Assembly: GCA_032718475.1 (NCBI GenBank)
Contig: JAUCBJ010008027.1
Span: 1 to 64,000, forward strand
DNA: 64,000 nucleotides
From: Nemertoderma westbladi
Taxonomy: Eukaryota; Animalia; Xenacoelomorpha
Reading direction: 5' to 3'
Numbering within the stretch: position 1 is the stretch's first letter; each line of letters starts with the position of its first letter. A program made the position numbers and the translations under genes. Below are positions 25,457 to 37,178 of this stretch, piece after piece. Below the pieces are notes generated by a model. It saw only the letters and a list, made by a program, of their open reading frames with translations. It ran no database searches and was not told the origin of the DNA.

Positions 25457-26462
25457 TGTAAGACTACTGTATTATTCGATTGATCGTTAATATATAATCT
25501 CTGACAAATATTATTCACTTTCGGGAAATATTAACAGTTCCTTTAGGACGTGGCGCTCTAATTATGTAAACAGAGTTATGACTTATACTAAACACAACGG
25601 TATGGCTTATGATTCACGTATAAGGCGCATTCTTTAGGAGATGCTTAGTTACCAGGCAAACCATGCACTCTATTGCACAATACTGCACACCAATCTGCCG
25701 ACCTTTTCTAATTTTAGTCACATATAAAGAGAACAGCAATTGACCCATGTAGTGCCTATGAAATAGTATTAGATTGACTTCAAAACCAATATAATATAAG
25801 TCGCAATTGCTATATGTAACCTGTCTCTTACCTTCAGTATATCAAGAAGATGGGGTTTTTATGATTCTTTCTCGATATTATCCAAATAACAATAATATTC
25901 CATCAACTGATACAATTAATAACCGACAGTAAATAGCAGTAAAATAATGCGGTGAAAGGCCATAATGCATTGAGTGCACGGTGGTACCGTACCGATTGGA
26001 TTGGTAACAGTTATACGTTCCGGTAATCAAGCCGTTCTAATGTTTGGCTAAAGTCTGAAACACAGAATTATTCCACAGCCGATGTTCGTGGCGTCAGGAA
26101 AAAGGTAAACATAAACCGTAATGCATTGCGCGATTTCCCGGAGGCCTCTGTGTAAAGAGCAAGAGAATTGTTCTGATTGGTTGAGTGATTGCACAGAGTG
26201 GGCCTGAACAAAGAAACTTCCACGAGTACACCAAATCAGCTGATAGATGTCGTAATCTAAACTACACTGTGTAGAGAGTATTATGGCGTATTGCGACATA
26301 GGATTGCTAGTTATGTCCGCCAAAGTACACATACAGAAAAATAGCTTTTTATGTCCACTAAAATACCGGTACAGTAAGGAAACGACTTTTATGTCCTTTA
26401 AAACATCTAAAGAGTACTTTGCGGGGAAAAAATGACTAGCCAATCCCGCAAAATCCTTTACA
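25457..26462 (-). repeat. LTR of BEL element A (~1006 bp)
   Basis: Minus-strand termini TGTAA...TTACA, preceded by purine tract GGGAGCGG (26463-26470); only one copy in the window, so boundaries are inferred. Confidence 0.6.
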
Positions 26463-27218
26463 CCGCTCCCAGAAAATGGGATTTAATTCTATAAAATATA
26501 AAAAATCACAGTTTCTAAAATCTAAGAATACTCTAAACAGTTAGTTTTTCTTGCGAGGACGGCGTTTACGCAGTTTTTTGAGACTAGCAAGAGTCCTTTT
26601 CTCTTTGGGGCGAGCCACTTTACTAGGAGGGCTATAACTCCTGTGGGAAGGGTGCAATACAATTGCATCAGAAGGTTTAGGGTTACGGCCGGTGTCTCAT
26701 CCATTTCGATATACTTCTCCTCGAGCTGATTTTCCTCCGCTCGTCATTGGATACGTTCGTCCAAAAACTCTCGCAGATAATAGGGTTGTCCAAGTTCGAT
26801 ATCGTCCTAGAGATTCTGGATTTCCCGATCGAACAGAGATAAAGCCAATCCGTTTACCGCTTGAACTTGCTGTTACAATTTAAGTTTATCTGAACAAACA
26901 TAGGTTTCTTTTCTGATCTTTTGTAGAATAGCGTCTAAAGTGTTTCGTACAACATTCTCCTCCACCTGGGTGACGGGTTGTATCGGTGTTAAGCCTGGAC
27001 GGTTGTACGGGTTAAACGGCGATATTAGGTGTCCGCGCCCCAATCTGGCCAGGTAAGATGGGCGGATATTTAGGGAGCCCACAACCGGAGTGCCACCGAC
27101 TAATTGTTAGGTTAACACTAGATCTTTGAACAGATACTAATAGGATCAAGAGTCTGAGGTCTCATTAGGGAATGAGGAGGTCTGATCGAGTATTCCGGAA
27201 CTCTGATGATAGGTTTAT

Positions 27219-28041
27219 TTAAGGATCGTCTGAGTCCAACGAGCTTAGGTGATACGTCAAACAAATTTCGCTCGAAACTCCCGTAAGTATAGCGAGTAAA
27301 ACCGTGCTCAGCGCAACGTCTCCGCGGATGTTTATGTCTTTCCGTTTGTTGGTTGGGTCTAGGGCATTCATTGCAATAATACCAAAGACGCACGTCTTGT
27401 AGGGGAAACGCGAGTGATCTTTCTCCAGTTTACAATATTCCTCCATCTGTTCGAAGCTATCCGGTACAACAGGTAGCGATCGATTGGCGGTAAGATACAT
27501 CATAGTGGAATAGAGCCGTTTGAGTTCTACCATGCGGTCATGATGTATACCTCGAGGACATCGAGTTTCCAGACTCTGCTGACCGGCAACATTGAGATAT
27601 GTTTCTCTCAAGAATTCCAGATATTGGTTGAAGTCGCTGCGTTTATCCGGCTCTTTAACATCTTACACTTTCGAGTTGGTTTCGAATAGAATTGTCGTGT
27701 TCGAGTCTCAGTTTATCGTTCCGCTTCCGCTGGGTATGATATTTAAATAAAACCATTTCCCTTTCGGAGTCTACATCGTCCGTATCGTGTAAATCGATAG
27801 GATGACCAGTAGTTAAGAAGTCCATATACGTACCATTACGATCCGTATAGCAAGCGGTGAATTTTCTATAGTCCAATTCACGCGTAAGTTGCTCCTGGGA
27901 CATTGGCGGTTCGATATAACGACCATCGTCCTTCGTAGTAGTTGGACCAGCGTCGCCGCGTCTCAAGCTATCAACAAACGCTTGTAAAGGTAGAGTATAT
28001 CGCTCCCTGATACCAAGATCATCTTCTATCAACTCAGTCAT
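27219..28041 (-). pseudogene. Frameshifted accessory ORF in the 3' region of element A, unknown product
   Basis: Two consecutive protein-like frames (128 aa and 130+ aa) in a GC-richer island between pol and the PPT. Confidence 0.5.
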
Positions 28042-29704
28042 ATCTGCTATATGAGTTTATCAATGTTATAATGAGTTATAATTAGGCCAGCGAGCTTTGC
28101 CGCCTACCCCTCTCGGCCCCCGGACAGTGCAAGATCCTCAGCGCCGATATACCGTCGTCGCTGTGTTTTTCGCCAACGTAGTAGCTACACAACGACAACG
28201 ACAACCGGCACGAGTCACTCCACTGTCCGTCCCAAGGGCGTAGATTTACTTCAGGTTCTTACTGCAGAGTTAGGGTTACTTTCACAACTGCGACTCGCTA
28301 CTGTAAACACACCTTAGTAGTAACATTCACCTACAAACGCACAAATTCCACGTAACTGTCACAAATTGTACACATTCTATCACACATTCGGGTCATTTGT
28401 CCGTTAGTCAAGTGCCTTCCAGAATGTCACGTTGTTATTGTGTATCCTTGGATACTAGCGGTGTGCTATTTATTCCGTATGCTATTCAATGGGCAAGCTT
28501 TTATTGTTCTGTTAACTCGCTTCTAATTCTAGCGTGGTTGTTGCTATGGTGACATTATGGAAAGCTAGCAGTAGAATTAGGGTAATTCTCATGCATACAG
28601 ATCTGGGATGCTATTTAATAGTAATTCTTTAATTGTCAATATCCCTCTTTATATATGATTTTATGAATTTTATCGGCTATTGACTATATATTGGAGATTC
28701 TCGCACACTCATACACTTAATAGGGTGAATCTCCGCTCCCATGATCTATTAATTAATGGAATTTTGGGAATGTTATAAATTGTATAAAATAACAATTTAT
28801 CAAATTCATTAAAGAGATGAATTTAAATTTGTTCCCGTAATTTTATTATTTAATATTAAATAGACACAATTTTATTCCAGAACATGTCTGGGGACGAGGA
28901 TCCTTTATTTTAGGAATTTTGTCCTTTTAAGAGTATCGGTAAGTGCTACGATATCTTAATTGACTATAATTTCAAAGGATCTATATTTTAACAGATTTTG
29001 ATTTATAGATTTTTATAAATATTAATTATATAATATTTAAGATGGGCACCAATTTATTCCAGAACTTGTCTGGGGACGTTAACCACTGATTCTAGATTTT
29101 GTCTTTCAAGTATAACGGTGGGTGCCACGATATCTTAATCGACTAGAATTACAGATGGTCAAAGGGTTTAACAGATTTATTTTGCGTTTTACGCTACTGT
29201 TAAAGGGACATCACGCTACTATATGTATTATTTAATATACGGTATGAGAGCAATATCGCACGAAGCAATGTCAGTGTGAAGAGGCAAGTCGTTTCCAAGG
29301 TCTACCCAGAGCTTGGTTTAGCCGAGACACGAGGATCTGAACTTTGCATTCCTAATACTCTGCCTACCAATAATACTTGAATATAGTAGGAGCTTTATTG
29401 TACTTTAATAAGTACGGAGATTTCATCTTACTGTAGTCACGTATTTATAATATGATACGGACAGTAAGGAAAGAGAAAAATAATTATTTCTTGCCGTCAC
29501 ACTAAATATATAATATAAGTAATTATGTAAGTATTAAACACTAATATATTGCACTAATCTACTAAATAATCGCTAAAATAACATTCTACTAAACAAAATT
29601 AAAGAAAACGATTATAATAAAATTACATAATAATACGTACATAAATATAAAATAATAAAAAACAAATATAAAATAATATAGTCACACACCCCCTCCGTAT
29701 GTTG

Positions 29705-30850
29705 TTACGTTATGGAGTCCCTAGATATTTGTCGGATTAGGGAAGTGGTCGTAGGAAGAGTATCTTGCCTTCCATAGTTTCCGGACAGTTTTCGGTCTCT
29801 TTCCAGTAAACATAAACGACCAGCTGGGCGATTGAGTTGTTGTGTTACTTTCTCCGCTCCCTTGGCCTGTCTAATCTCCGCCGTGGTAAGATGAGGAGGC
29901 CATTCATCTTCTTCTTTACTTAGGAAGTCGGGTCCACTTAACCAGTCCGGAGTATCTATCAGTTCTTGAGGAGCTGCTCCTCTGGAAGCGATGTCGGCTG
30001 GATTAATCGTCCCAAGGCAATGTCTCCATTGATCTTCATTAGAGTTAATATCGTCATTATCTGAGGAGTATGGTATTCCCTCATTTGGATCGTCCACCTC
30101 ACTGCTCTCCACTTCCCATTTAATTACGTGGTAGACCCGTTCTTTGGGCAACCTTTCCATAAGTGTTCTACGGGACGGACCAGTAAGGTACCAACCTACT
30201 CTAGTTCTTCCCGCATAAGCTCGTAGTGGTTGCGGTTGAGCAGGCCGTTTCTCCAATGTCTCGAGCGCTTCATGCGCGTTTTGACCGATGAGTATTTGCA
30301 CTCCAGGGTAATCGGTGTCGAATCTAGGTATTTCAAGCTGGTGGGTGAAATCGTCCTCATCCCAGTTATAAGGTTCCACTTGGCTGGTAGCGAAGTTCTT
30401 TATCGCCACCATCTTTACTGACCTTATACTATGTTCTCCTAGTTCATCCTGAGGGGTGGACAACGCGCCTACATAATAATCAGCTATTACGGTAGATTTC
30501 CAAACCTGCATAATTCCTGACATGTTTAGCTTAGTTCGGAACTTAGGTTGTCCAGCAAAGATGTCTTCGGCTAGTTCTTTGTCGATGAATGTTCCTGTGC
30601 TACCGGAGTCAAGGAGGGCGTTCACTATATAACTCCCTTTAGGTCCGTGGACCCTTAACTGTACTACAGGAAATTCTCGGATTCCTACATTGGAAGTTGG
30701 CGCTTTCCAAGATGGTTGTTGATCAGAAGTAGTTAGGGTGAGGTCGCTGTCGGGGTCTCTTTCATACTTAAGTGCTCGATACACCGCGGTATTTATTAGG
30801 TAACAGGATTCGTCTTGGTCGGAGAATTCGTCCGTATAGAATCCTTCCAT
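29705..30850 (-). pseudogene. pol: BEL aspartic protease fused in frame to the RNase H C-terminus (RT and integrase deleted)
   Basis: ALLDSGSTGTFI, ILIGQ, RTRVGW followed directly by QWRHCLGTINPADIASRG..WLSGPDFL. Confidence 0.88.
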
Positions 30851-31019
30851 CTCAGAACTTTTTGTCAGTGTCGTTCACATCACTGAATTGGACATGCAGT
30901 TCGGACTCACTTACCTGACTCGGGCTGTTTCGTTCGAATTCAGTGTGCAACAAGATATGATGTTTTGCACCGCACTTTGCACACCTTGCGTCGGAGTAAC
31001 AGGTTCGCCGTTGGTGTCC

Positions 31020-33365
31020 TCATCTGAGGCAATTATAACACAACCATTTATCCAACATGACTTCACATCTATCCTTTAATGATTTCCCCAGGAATTCATC
31101 ACACGCACTTAAACGGTGGGGCCCGTCGCACAGCACACATTTCGGTTTGATGTTACTTACCTTATTTTGAATAACATTGTGCACACTCGTTCTTTCCTCG
31201 GGCTTTCTTACATGAATTCTCCTAGGAGACGTAGGAGGAGTTTTTCTTACCGGTTCTCTCCCGTCATTGGTTCGAGACTTGAATTTACTTACCTGTTCTT
31301 TAGGCGTTTTATTGACATAGTAAGATCTTTCGGTGTCTTTCCCGCTGTCCTCTCCTTGAGAAGTCTGGCTTTCGCCGTTGTCGGTATAACACACTGGTAT
31401 TACCTTTCTCCTAGAAACGGGTTTCTCACTTACCTTATTTTCCGTTGTCTTCTCTCTGGACTGTTTTAGGAGCTGTAATTTTACCTCTCTATCTAAGAAT
31501 GACATGAGATCAGCCATGGTAGGGTCTCTTCGTTGTTGTTCCATCATATATAACACTTTCTTGTCCCAGCATGTACCTACTCCACCCTTGGGCAAAGTAG
31601 ATGCTAAGGCTCCTACAACCATAGAATTCTGGTATTCATGAGACTTACCTAACCAATCTAGTTGTCTACAGATCTCCTGAATCTCGTCGGAAAACTCTAT
31701 AATCCCGCTGCTAAGAAACTTTCGGGGCGCCATTAATTTTGCATATAAATACCTAGCTATGTTAGTCCTATTACCATACCTGATGTTTAGTGTATCCCAA
31801 ACTTGTCTTAATCCATCTGGATGTCCAATAAACTTTAACGCCATTAACTTGGGAGATCCTTCCAAGCACTTGATGAGGAATCTAAGTTTCTCTCCGTTAG
31901 ATAGCACAGAGTTCTGTATGTTATCTTTGTAATATTCATTAAAAGGTAACCATTTCATCTCATCTCCATTGAACTTGACGATCTCTCCCACCTTTACCGC
32001 TTGACGGGCTTCGGTTCTAGCCATTTGATGCGTAAAACTTTCTTGGGCCATCGTGTTATTTAATATCGAGTTATCGGTATATAAATTTCTCGGATTATGA
32101 TCAGGTCTATATGGAATATCATTATCAATAGGTTTATAATTAGCCTTAATAGGGTTTACTATAGGAGTTTCCACTTCGCTAGCAGTATAGATGCGTGTAG
32201 GCTCCACACCTTGCGCATGAAATACTTCAGACCTAACAGGTTGACACATTGTTACAGGGGGTGGTGGTATACCCTTTTGTATATTTACTAATTTATCGCG
32301 TTCTAACGCGATATTTTGCTGCACCTCTTGCAACTCTAACCTACTTTCCCTTACTGTTCCCTTGAACTGTTGAACAGTCTCCTGCATCTGCCCGAGCAGG
32401 AGATCCATCCCCCGCTGTCTCTCATCCACCCAATCAACCGCCGAAGCAGGATTTGCCAACGTAGTAGCGGGCGGACGAGGGGCAACGGGCGACAAATCAT
32501 TGATAATTCGCTCGGAGCCCAGGACAGGGATTGTCGCAGGGGTTGTTCTACTGGGCACAGGTAGTTTTGCGCCGTGCAAAGGGAATTTAGAAGTAGATTC
32601 CGGGAGTACAGGTGTCTCCATCACCGAAGGGGCGGCTTTGAGAACAGGCCCGATTATTTCAGGTTCATCCACTATAGTAGGGAGTCTCTCTACGGTAATA
32701 ATTTGGTCTGTGGGTTCTGTACTACCTAAGTCTGTGCTAGCTAATTGTCTCTTAACAGCTGGGGGCAAATCAGGCAACTTGTGACGGTGGGACATTCTTC
32801 GATGTCTGCTGAGACGAGATCTATTTCCTCCACCTTCAGTATCGGTGGTATCGCCTTCCTCAGATGATGTATATCCCTGTCTTTTGGGAGTGGATCGACT
32901 CATCATCTGCATTTGACTAGCTGTTAGCTGTTTATTTATGTAGTCTTGCTTCTCTTGAAGATTTTCCAACTCCATTTGGGTGGTCTCTTCAGACGCTCTC
33001 CGTTCTGCTTCTGCCACTGCCTCCGCCGCTGCTACAGCCGCTTTTCTTTCCGCTTCGGCCGCTGCTACTGCTGCTGTCTTTCTGTCTTCTATTCGTTTTT
33101 TCTTTACTTGTTCCTCTTGAACCTTAGTGAGGCGGATGCTTTCATCGAATTTAGCTTGGTTTGTTAGCTTTTTATTTAGCTTGGCTCCTTCACTATTAGG
33201 GCTAAGTCCCTCCAGCCGTCTCCTCAACTCTTTGTCCCCTAGGAAACGTTGATAGTCTGACAGATAGATGTCGATAGCGTCCCTCGTTCGCGGTCTCTCT
33301 GCTGTCACTTCGCTTTCAGTTGTATCTAGTAGACTGTCTGACAGGTTCTGCTTTGCGTCAGACAT
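31020..33365 (-). CDS. gag: BEL gag of element A (stop codon inside the second zinc knuckle)
   Basis: Coiled coil, DUF1759-like KFNGD..W..F..KLRFL..RYG, CVLCDGPHRLSAC and CYNCLR* followed by GH..TC. Confidence 0.88.
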   Translation of the reverse strand: MSDAKQNLSDSLLDTTESEVTAERPRTRDAIDIYLSDYQRFLGDKELRRRLEGLSPNSEGAKLNKKLTNQAKFDESIRLTKVQEEQVKKKRIEDRKTAAVAAAEAERKAAVAAAEAVAEAERRASEETTQMELENLQEKQDYINKQLTASQMQMMSRSTPKRQGYTSSEEGDTTDTEGGGNRSRLSRHRRMSHRHKLPDLPPAVKRQLASTDLGSTEPTDQIITVERLPTIVDEPEIIGPVLKAAPSVMETPVLPESTSKFPLHGAKLPVPSRTTPATIPVLGSERIINDLSPVAPRPPATTLANPASAVDWVDERQRGMDLLLGQMQETVQQFKGTVRESRLELQEVQQNIALERDKLVNIQKGIPPPPVTMCQPVRSEVFHAQGVEPTRIYTASEVETPIVNPIKANYKPIDNDIPYRPDHNPRNLYTDNSILNNTMAQESFTHQMARTEARQAVKVGEIVKFNGDEMKWLPFNEYYKDNIQNSVLSNGEKLRFLIKCLEGSPKLMALKFIGHPDGLRQVWDTLNIRYGNRTNIARYLYAKLMAPRKFLSSGIIEFSDEIQEICRQLDWLGKSHEYQNSMVVGALASTLPKGGVGTCWDKKVLYMMEQQRRDPTMADLMSFLDREVKLQLLKQSREKTTENKVSEKPVSRRKVIPVCYTDNGESQTSQGEDSGKDTERSYYVNKTPKEQVSKFKSRTNDGREPVRKTPPTSPRRIHVRKPEERTSVHNVIQNKVSNIKPKCVLCDGPHRLSACDEFLGKSLKDRCEVMLDKWLCYNCLR

Positions 33366-33414
33366 GTTTATTTGTACAGTTGAATGCCTACTGCTAGATT
33401 ACAGTTAAAGCAAG

Positions 33415-34905
33415 TGTTGCCGTTATCCCTACACCAGGGGGGAAAAACGCCGATGCTGGAGACGTGACTTTACAGACCACCGAGCCCCGGCCAGTCACCG
33501 GATATTGATTGTGGAGAAGGAATGATTTCTGAGATGCAGTTTGCGGTTGAGAAAAAGCTGCATTAGTTGGATATACTCTTTAATGTAACTGAACTCTGTT
33601 GAACCTGATTGAGAATAATTTTGGGCTTCCCCAAACCAATATACACCAAATATTCACAATAATTATACACGACAATATAAATCCCTACAGTATATTATTT
33701 AATTACCCACTGTTCGCTCAGATTTTAGCCTACCTAATGTTCCCCAGATTTTCCCTCGGTCCTAGTCTTTGGTGCCGTAGTGTCGGTGTCGGTCGACCCT
33801 GTTGCGTGTCCGTTCCACCCCTCCCGAACCCCGAAGGGTTCGATCATCGAGAACCAGCACGGCTTGGCTAAGGGTCGGTCCAGTCGGTAGACTCTGTTGC
33901 GTATCCGTACCACCCCTCTCGAACCCCGAAGGGATTGGTCATCGAGAACCAGTACGGCTTGGCTAGGAGTCTGTCGTGTCGGTGGACCCGTTCGCGTGTC
34001 CGTCCCACCCCTCACGAACCCCGAAGGGAACGATCATCGAGAACCAGTACGGCTTGGCTAGGGGTCCGTCGGTTCATTGCAGAGACCCAACCACCTAGGC
34101 TTTCCGAGTCCTTATTCAGGCTCGTAGTCGCTTCGGCAGCCAAGAAACTGCTCCGAACAGTCGGTAGGCCAGTAGAGTCTAGTCCTTTGTCTTTCGACCC
34201 CGTCGCGTGTCCGTCCCACCCCTCACGGACCCCGAAGGGAACGATCATCAAGAACCAGTACGGCTTGGCTAAGGGGTCTGTCGTCGGTTCCCGTCGCAAG
34301 TCCCTGGTACAAGCAGCCGGCGTTCCGATGTCCTTTTCAGGCTCGTAATAACTGCTGTTGACCAGAGACCGCTAAGGGCAGTCCTCGTCAAACTCTTCCT
34401 CTGTAAGTCGGCCACCCTTTCGCGTGTCTGTCCCACCCCTCGCAAACCCCGAAGGGATCGGTCATCGAGAACCAGTACGGCTTGGCTAAGGGGGCTGTCG
34501 TCTCCTGTCGCAAATCCCTGACGCAAGCAGCCAGCGTTCCGATGTCCTTTTCAGGCTTGTAATAACTGCTGTTGGCCAGGGACCGCTAAGGGCAGTCCTT
34601 GTCCTTTAGGCCTGGCGCGTTACCAAATCCACCCCTACAGGCAGCAGGAAGTTGGCCAGGGCCTAATAGTAATCAGGCTAATCTGAATACTGCTTGAATT
34701 TTCCATCCCCCCTGGCCCTTATAAATATGAAATTATTCCCATACCCTGTAAGTTGCCCCAAAGTTCGCCCATAAATCGCCCCCAGTTTATAGAATGTGCC
34801 CAAAACCCGTGGTCCTGCACCCAGTAGTAATATCGGAATAATCAATTTTAATAAATACAAAAAATATTCAACTCGCGTTTAAGAAAAGTTGAAATACCGC
34901 GAACA
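33415..34905 (-). repeat. 3' LTR of element B (1491 bp)
   Basis: Direct repeat of 44423-45688; follows the PPT; five internal hairpin units. Confidence 0.95.
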
Positions 34906-35080
34906 GTCCTCCCCAATGACCTTCGTGAGGTCTATCGGTAGAATGAGTTTGCGTAGGTCATTCCCAATATAAAAAACCCAAATTTAATATTGCATAGTTT
35001 GATTAATTTGGCCTAGAGTTTATATATATATATGTATAAAAATAAATGTTCAATAAATGTTCCTGGAATATCCCGATCCA

Positions 35081-35932
35081 CTATTTCTTTCTGTGATATG
35101 CCTTTCGCCTCTTTGCCCGTCGACTCTCATCGATCACTATAGCTGGTAGAGGAGAGTCAACATCCATCGTGAGCAATGCTTCGGCTTGTCTCCTGGCGGC
35201 TCTTTCGATGGCATTGGGATCATATCGGTTCGTCTTTCCAACTCGGACTTGCGTGCCTCTAGGAACCACTCTCCGTCACCGAACTCCTCTTTATACGAGT
35301 ATAATCGTCTAATGACTTCAAATGGGCCGAATAATCCGGCACTCAGTAGCAGATCCACGTAATGGAAAGGTAGCGTGGCCGACGTGTGGAGGCGTTCCGG
35401 GAAGGAGAAATACCCGCACGCCATCTCCTGCGCAATATTCCGAGCGTTCCTCCGTACTTTTCCTGGTAGTCATCGTGATTCTGGATGATCGATATGCGTT
35501 CCTCTCGTAGCGTCGCCGTACACTCCGATAGGTTTCCCCAGTGGGTGAGGTACGTACTCTTGTCTCGACGAAACTTTGACATCTCACCAACGTAATCGCT
35601 TTCGAGGTGGGTGTCGCGTTTCCCTCGTTGTCGTAGATCAAACATTGGGATTTGTAGACGCTTTGCTGGAACGTTTCCCAAAACGACGACTCGTCCCCAC
35701 CGGTTGCCTTTGTGTTCCGAGTTCTTTTCAGTCTCGTACTAGCATCGGCTAACCGGAGGGCTCGTAGATTCTTGGAATCCGGTCCCTCTCGCCCGGTGAA
35801 TTTAATGACTCGCACGTTCTTATTTAGCAGGGTACTCCAATTTGTATCAAAGTCAGGGGATCCAGGTTGCGAATATTCCAGTAGATCTATCGTGTTACGT
35901 AATTCGCCGATAATTTGGCGATTTGGGTCCAT
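35081..35932 (-). pseudogene. Accessory ORF in the 3' region of element B, probably frameshifted, unknown product
   Basis: ATG at 35932 opens 204 aa; overlapping protein-like frames continue to about 35100; GC-rich island between AT-rich spacers. Confidence 0.5.
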
Positions 35933-36485
35933 ATTTACGATTAAAAATTATATCCGTTACAAATTAGATCAGTTAATTATAAGTCCAGAAAGTCTGAAAC
36001 TATAGCGATTGCAGAATAATTCAGTTTATTTTTTAGTTCAGTTTATTAATAACATTGCTATATAGGCATCTATCATCTCATTGCTAATACATTCAGCATT
36101 TACAGTTACTATAGCTATACATTAATATCCAACCAGTTTTTTATGACTTTTTTGTCCTTTCCAATTCTTTCTTTAGACTTTTTATACCTTTTTTTTGTCT
36201 TTTTTCATTTCTCTTTATTATTTCATCTCATTTCATTTATTTCAACACATTTCAACACATTTAGTTCCACCATTTATTTCTCAATTTTGTTTATTTCCAC
36301 ATCATCATTGGGGTTATAGCCCCCCGGCTATCATCATTTGTTATAAGCGCAGCACCAGGGTGCGCATCATTACATTTTCATCAGCATACGCGTCATCATT
36401 CAGGTTTATAGTAGAGTTGTCTGATCCTTTTCATCATTTCCAACTACATTCAATCATCTTCTTTGGTAAATCTTTGTCGTGGAAG

Positions 36486-36910
36486 GGGTGTTCTGCGGCA
36501 ATCTGGGATCTACAGCTGGACTCGTTACACCGCCTACGCCCCAAACTGCACACGTAACGGACAATGAAGACGCTAGGAGTGAAGTCACGTGGATGCACCA
36601 GGGACCCACCAGAATAACACTCCCAACAACATAAAGCTCAGTCGACGAAGTCATGTGGGATGGGGTTACGCAACATTCTGGGATCTACAGCTGGACTCGT
36701 TACACCGCCTACGCCCCAAAATCCACGCAACGGTCCCACCAGAATAACGCGACTGAGAAACATAAAACCCTCTATCGTCGAAGTCACGTGGATGCACCAT
36801 GGACCCACCAGAATAACGGGATAGAGGGGGTGTTGCGCGGCAATCCGGGATCTACAGCTGGACTAGTTACACCGCCTACGCCCCAAACTGCGCACGCAAC
36901 GGACAACATA
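36486..36910. repeat. Three dispersed copies of a ~60-80-bp unit in the element B 3' non-coding region
   Basis: GGGATCTACAGCTGGACTCGTTACACCGCCTACGCCCCAAA at about 36505, 36680 and 36847, interleaved with a second repeated motif. Confidence 0.85.
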
Positions 36911-37178
36911 ACATACTGCAATGAATACAATGAATTCCACTTCAAATCTTTACCATTTCCAATAATCCAATATCGTTGGTCCCGATGACCAAAATCAGGG
37001 TAAACAATGCATAAACGACCCTGCGTCAGTCGAAACGTCTGCAGGGTGATGCTGGACTCCACATAACACACGAGGAAACACAAATACCATTGCGTGGTTA
37101 CAGTTGGTTTAAGGGGGGTCCATTTTCATTGTCGATAAATCACAGTTTAAAAGAGTTTGTCAACAGGATGAGAAGGGT

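Noticed and set aside
25400-25630. Self-priming complement for element A
   Set aside because: Best match (ATAAGG near 25620) is only about 6 nt; not distinguishable from chance.
29681-29696. GGAGGGGGTG-TGTGAC as PPT and LTR start
   Set aside because: No matching LTR end or second copy, and internal-type sequence continues beyond it; could be an internal purine tract.
33820-33856. SECIS element or hammerhead (AUGA...GA core, CUCGAUGA)
   Set aside because: Upper helix is too short with a UUCG loop and no apical AAR; no CUGANGA/GAAA core.
33795-34496. HDV-like ribozyme on the + strand (GGCTAAGGG ends, TTCRCGT loop-like sequence)
   Set aside because: No P3, P1 or P1.1 pairing can be built, the loop is not conserved among units, and G.U pairs favour the opposite strand.
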